Source: an uncultured Synergistia bacterium
Lineage (GTDB): Bacteria > Synergistota > Synergistia > CAYRKT01
Assembly: GCA_964425005.1 (NCBI GenBank)
Contig: CAYRKT010000001.1
Coordinates: 77,980 to 141,979, forward strand
Reading direction: 5' to 3'
Length of the DNA stretch: 64,000 bases
The notes under the pieces were generated by a model that searched no databases, was not told the DNA's origin, and worked only from the letters and a program-made list of their open reading frames with translations. Below are positions 60,604-64,000 of this stretch, piece after piece; within the stretch, counting starts at the first letter, position 1; each line of letters starts with the position of its first letter. The position numbers and the translations under genes were made by a program.

Positions 60604-61818
60604 CTATCCCAACAGGAGGCTCGCCTCCTCGAGGATCAACCTGGCCGCCTCTCCCTTCGCCAAGGTCCCTAACTCGACCGGCTCCTTGCCGGAGGAGAAG
60701 TATATCCTCCCCCGTATCAGCTCCGACGAAAAACCAGCGTCCCCCGAGGAGACGTCGTTGGCCACGATCATGTCCAGCCCCTTCTTGCGAAGCTTTCGAA
60801 GGACCTCCTCCTCCTTCACCTCCCACTCGGCGGCGAAGCCGACCAGCACCTGATCTGGCCTCCTGTGGGCCCCCAGATAGGCCGCTATGTCGGGGTTCTG
60901 TACCAGCTCCAAAGCGAGGGTCTCCGCGCCCTCCCTCTTCAGCTTACCCCTCGCTGGGGAGGAAACCCTGTAGTCTGAGACGGCCGCCGCCTTGATCACC
61001 ACGTCGAAATCCCTGTAGAGGGAGGAGACCACCTCGAACATCTGAAGCGCGCTCTCGACCCTGATCGTGTGGACGTAGGAAGGGGGTCTGACCTCCGTGG
61101 GCCCCAGGACCAGCGTGACCTCAGCGCCCATGTAGGCCGCGAACCTGGCGAGCTCAACCCCCATCGAGCCGCTAGAGGGGTTGGATATGAACCTCACCGA
61201 GTCTATGAACTCCCTCGTGGGCCCGCCCGTGACCAAGACCTTCCTCCCCTGGAGCCTCTTGTCGGGATAGGAGGCGCGGCATATCTCGTCGACCACCACG
61301 TCCACCGGCGGGAGCTTGCCCTTGCCGTACTCGTCGCAAGCCAAAAGCCCCTCGTCGGGCTCCACCACCTCGTAGCCGTAGCCCCTGCAGAGCTCCAGGT
61401 TGGCCTTAGTGGCGGGGTGCTCCAGCATCTGGGCGTTCATGGCCGGAAAGATCAAGACCTTCCCCCTGTAGGCCAGGGCAAGAGCCCCGTAGAAGGTGGA
61501 CGCATCCCCGTGGGCCAGCCTGGCGATCACCGAGGCGGTGGCTGGGACGAAGGCCACCAGATCCGCCCACCTGGCCAGCCTGATGTGGGGTATACGATGA
61601 CCCCAGTCCAGTCCCAGGAACTCCTCCTCCAGAGTGCAGCGGTCCTCGATGAGGGCGGACACGACCAGGGGGGGGACGAAGGCGGAGGCCCCCTCGGTGA
61701 GATGGGCCTTCACTTGAAAGCCCATCTTCCTGAGGGACCTGCCCACGTCGCAGACCCTGTAGGCCGATATGCCGCCGCCTATCACCAGGAGGACCTTCAC
61801 GCCGCTCTGCCAGGACAA
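60604..61818 (-). CDS. coaBC: Bifunctional phosphopantothenoylcysteine decarboxylase / phosphopantothenate-cysteine ligase
   Basis: N-terminal flavoprotein KVLLVIGGGISAYRV and C-terminal DFP/CoaB domain; 404 aa. Confidence 0.9.
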   Translation of the reverse strand: MSWQSGVKVLLVIGGGISAYRVCDVGRSLRKMGFQVKAHLTEGASAFVPPLVVSALIEDRCTLEEEFLGLDWGHRIPHIRLARWADLVAFVPATASVIARLAHGDASTFYGALALAYRGKVLIFPAMNAQMLEHPATKANLELCRGYGYEVVEPDEGLLACDEYGKGKLPPVDVVVDEICRASYPDKRLQGRKVLVTGGPTREFIDSVRFISNPSSGSMGVELARFAAYMGAEVTLVLGPTEVRPPSYVHTIRVESALQMFEVVSSLYRDFDVVIKAAAVSDYRVSSPARGKLKREGAETLALELVQNPDIAAYLGAHRRPDQVLVGFAAEWEVKEEEVLRKLRKKGLDMIVANDVSSGDAGFSSELIRGRIYFSSGKEPVELGTLAKGEAARLILEEASLLLG

Positions 61819-61821
61819 CCC

Positions 61822-62064
61822 TCATTCCCCCACGTCGCCGGAGGCTATCTTGAGGGACGACTCGTCCAGGAAGATCAGCTCCAGCTGTCCCGCCGCGATC
61901 TCGTCCAGCGCCCGCCTTATGTAGCCCTTCTTGCCCGACCTGTCGAGGAAGACCTCCTTGCTCTCGAAGAGCTGCTTCGCCCTCTTGAAGGCAGCCACGG
62001 TCAGGACGTATATGTTGGGGGCCTTCCCCTCCCTTATTATCCTCTCCACGTCAGGGTATATCAA
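61822..62064 (-). CDS. rpoZ: RNA polymerase omega subunit
   Basis: NIYVLTVAAFKRAKQL resembles the omega core (..lvAarRArql..); conserved gmk-rpoZ-coaBC context; 80 aa. Confidence 0.7.
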   Translation of the reverse strand: MIYPDVERIIREGKAPNIYVLTVAAFKRAKQLFESKEVFLDRSGKKGYIRRALDEIAAGQLELIFLDESSLKIASGDVGE

Positions 62065-62079
62065 AGCCCGTTCACCTCC

Positions 62080-62661
62080 TCATCTCCTGTAGGACTCTAT
62101 TATCCTCTTCACCTCGTCTGCGGCCCTCTCCAGGTCGTCGTTGACCACCGCGTGGTCGTACCAGGCGACCTGCCTCATCTCCACCTCGCTGCTCTCCATG
62201 CGCAACCTGAAGCTCTCGCTCGTCTCGGTGCCTCTGCCAGCAAGCCTCCTCTCGAGCGCCTCCCTGGAGGGCGGCATTATGAATATCAATATGGCCTCGG
62301 GGAAGACCTCCTTCACCTGCCTCGCCCCCTGGACGTCTATCTCCAGGATCACGTCCTTGCCCTCGGAGAGCGCCCTCTCCACGTCCTCCCTGAGGGTGCC
62401 GTACATGTTCCCGTGGACGGAAGCCCACTCCAGGAAATCCCCCCTCCTCACCCTCTCCTCGAACTCCTCCCTGGACACGAAGCGGTAGTCCACGCCCTCC
62501 TCCTCTCCCTCCCTGGGGGACCTGGTCGTGCAGGAGACGGAGTAGACCAGCCCATCCAGGAGCTGGAACAACCTCTTGCGGATGCTGCTCTTCCCAGCGC
62601 CTGAGGGACCTGAGATCACTATAAGGTTTCCAGGGGCTTTAGGTCTCCTAGAGTCCTCCAA
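62080..62661 (-). CDS. gmk: Guanylate kinase
   Basis: LIVISGPSGAGKSSI P-loop and guanylate kinase core; 193 aa. Confidence 0.9.
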   Translation of the reverse strand: MEDSRRPKAPGNLIVISGPSGAGKSSIRKRLFQLLDGLVYSVSCTTRSPREGEEEGVDYRFVSREEFEERVRRGDFLEWASVHGNMYGTLREDVERALSEGKDVILEIDVQGARQVKEVFPEAILIFIMPPSREALERRLAGRGTETSESFRLRMESSEVEMRQVAWYDHAVVNDDLERAADEVKRIIESYRR

Positions 62662-62665
62662 AGGG

Positions 62666-62920
62666 CTAATCCCCCTCGCTTAGCCCGGCTATCCTCTGAG
62701 CGATGGTCTCGGGGTTTATGGCCGACAGTATCACGTGGTCGCTGTCGGTGACTATTATAGCTCTGGTCTTCCTGCCCTGGGTGGCGTCTATAAGCTTACC
62801 CCTCTCCCTCGCCTCTTCCTTGAGCCTCCTTATGGGCGCCGAGTCCGGCGCCACCACCGCCACGACCCTGTCGGCTACGACCATGTTGCCAAACCCCACG
62901 TGAACGAGCCTGAGATCCAT
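62666..62920 (-). CDS. remA: DUF370 / RemA-family small DNA-binding protein
   Basis: [76 protein letters not shown] closely matches B. subtilis RemA ([66 protein letters not shown]). The six-frame ORF to 63655 is a spurious fusion. Confidence 0.8.
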   Translation of the reverse strand: MDLRLVHVGFGNMVVADRVVAVVAPDSAPIRRLKEEARERGKLIDATQGRKTRAIIVTDSDHVILSAINPETIAQRIAGLSEGD

Positions 62921-62925
62921 GAGCA

Positions 62926-63810
62926 TCACTCCACGTTCTGAAGTTGCTCCCTCAAGCTTTCTATGAGGTTCCTCATCTCCACCGTCAGGTGCCTGATCCT
63001 GGCGTCCGGAACCTTGGAAGCCACGGTGTTGGCCTCCCTCTGCATCTCCTGCGCCAGGAAGTCGAGCCTCTTCCCCTTGGCCGACTCCTTCGCGTCCTCC
63101 AGGATCAGGTAGAACTGGTCCAGGTGGCTCTTGAGCCTGCCCAGCTCCTCCTCTATGTCCCACCGATCCACCAGGATGGCGGCCTCCATGTGAAGCCGCA
63201 TCTGGTCCATCGACAGCTCCGAAGCCAGGGACGACAGCTTCTCGAGCAACGAGGAAAAGGCGCTTCCCCTTACCTCCTGCCACCTCTCCTCGGTCTGACG
63301 CAAGTTGGACTCCATCGAGCGCAGTATGCCCCTGATAAGTCCCTCCAGGTTTTCGCCCTCCCTCCGCCTCATGGAAAGGAGGTCCTCGTAGGCCCTCTCC
63401 AGGAGCTCTAGGCAAAGCCGCGATAGCTCCTCCCGATCTATGTCCAACCCAACCTCGACCTCCACCACCCCCGGCAGGAGCAACAGGTCCTCCAACCTCA
63501 ACTCCTGCAGGAGCTTGAGCTCCCCCCTGAGCTTCTCCACCTCGAAGAAGTAGCGAAGCAACACCTCCCTGTTGACCCTGTAGACGGCCGAGGGATCCAC
63601 CAAGCGGGAGGACAGGTTCACCGAGAACTTCCCGCGCCTGAGCTTCCTCTCGCACCAGAGCCTGACGTCCCTCTCCACCTCAGCTAGCTCCTTGGAGACC
63701 CTCAGGGTGTACTCCTTGAACCTGTGGTTGTAGCTGGATATCTCGGCCTCGAGCCTGCCCTGGGCCAGCGAGAGCTCCGCCCTTCCGTAACCCGTCATGC
63801 TGAATATCAA
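62926..63810 (-). CDS. yicC: YicC-family stress-induced protein
   Basis: [31 protein letters not shown].. N-terminus and C-terminal DUF1732-like region; 294 aa. Confidence 0.85.
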   Translation of the reverse strand: MIFSMTGYGRAELSLAQGRLEAEISSYNHRFKEYTLRVSKELAEVERDVRLWCERKLRRGKFSVNLSSRLVDPSAVYRVNREVLLRYFFEVEKLRGELKLLQELRLEDLLLLPGVVEVEVGLDIDREELSRLCLELLERAYEDLLSMRRREGENLEGLIRGILRSMESNLRQTEERWQEVRGSAFSSLLEKLSSLASELSMDQMRLHMEAAILVDRWDIEEELGRLKSHLDQFYLILEDAKESAKGKRLDFLAQEMQREANTVASKVPDARIRHLTVEMRNLIESLREQLQNVE

Positions 63811-63827
63811 GTCCGGTCAACCCCTTT

Positions 63828-64000
63828 CAACGCGCCACCGTGGAGGATAAGATCTCCGCAACCCTAGACGTGAGCACGTCCAACCCCCATCCCATCTTGG
63901 CGCTGATGGGCAACACATCCTCGTAGCCAGCGCCCCTGAACCTGGCCCTGGCGCTCTCCACATCCGAAGGGCCTACGAGGTCTACCTTGTTCAGCAGGAG
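63828..64000 (-). CDS. C-terminal fragment of a P-loop GTPase (gene continues past the window end)
   Basis: Minus-strand translation ..LLLNKVDLVGPSDVESARARFRGAGYEDVLPISAKMGWGLDVLTSRVAEILSSTVAR* has the NKxD (G4) and SAK (G5) motifs. Only 57 residues in the window, so the family is undetermined. Confidence 0.4.

Noticed and set aside
62666-63655. 329-aa minus-strand ORF spanning remA and most of yicC
   Set aside because: Only its last 84 codons (RemA/DUF370) make sense. The upstream part is the wrong frame over yicC and translates to Gly/Arg-rich nonsense.

Overview
This is a high-GC, densely coded bacterial chromosomal segment with about 62 protein-coding genes and 5 tRNA genes, most of them on the minus strand. 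It carries mostly housekeeping operons in a Firmicutes/Synergistota-like order. These are a partial veg gene with a near-consensus sigma-A promoter, an iron-containing alcohol dehydrogenase plus DegT-family aminotransferase pair, and rplU-prp-rpmA-obg-nadD-(LytR/CpsA/Psr-family protein)-rsfS. Then come valS-engB-lon-clpX-clpP-tig preceded by tRNA-Lys and tRNA-Leu, followed by mnmE, argS, secA, purH, a PduO-type cobalamin adenosyltransferase and a second tRNA-Leu. Further along are rimP-nusA-ylxR-ylxQ-infB-ylxP-rbfA-nrnA-truB-ribF, rpoB-rpoC with a long beta-prime, pgsA, and yicC-remA-gmk-rpoZ-coaBC-priA-der-arcC-(cation diffusion facilitator transporter). Less ordinary pockets are: (i) a tRNA-Sec (selC) gene with its own promoter inside a tightly packed minus-strand cluster of flavodiiron protein, tsaE-tsaB, a Fur/PerR-like regulator, a flavodiiron-like domain protein without a flavodoxin domain, a soluble chemoreceptor and a flavin reductase. 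(ii) A B12-binding radical SAM gene divergent from a stand-alone ThiF-like E1 next to tRNA-Leu. (iii) A secreted clostripain-like peptidase and a UmuD-like S24 peptidase without a DNA-binding domain, behind an uncharacterised small protein. (iv) A PriA homologue whose helicase motifs look degenerate. (v) RpoC with two large lineage-specific insertions. Many long antisense ORFs in the six-frame track are GC-driven artefacts. Start codons include GTG and TTG and several N-termini are uncertain. The organism is probably an anaerobic, Synergistota-like bacterium with Firmicutes-like gene order (weak inference from gene content and order).
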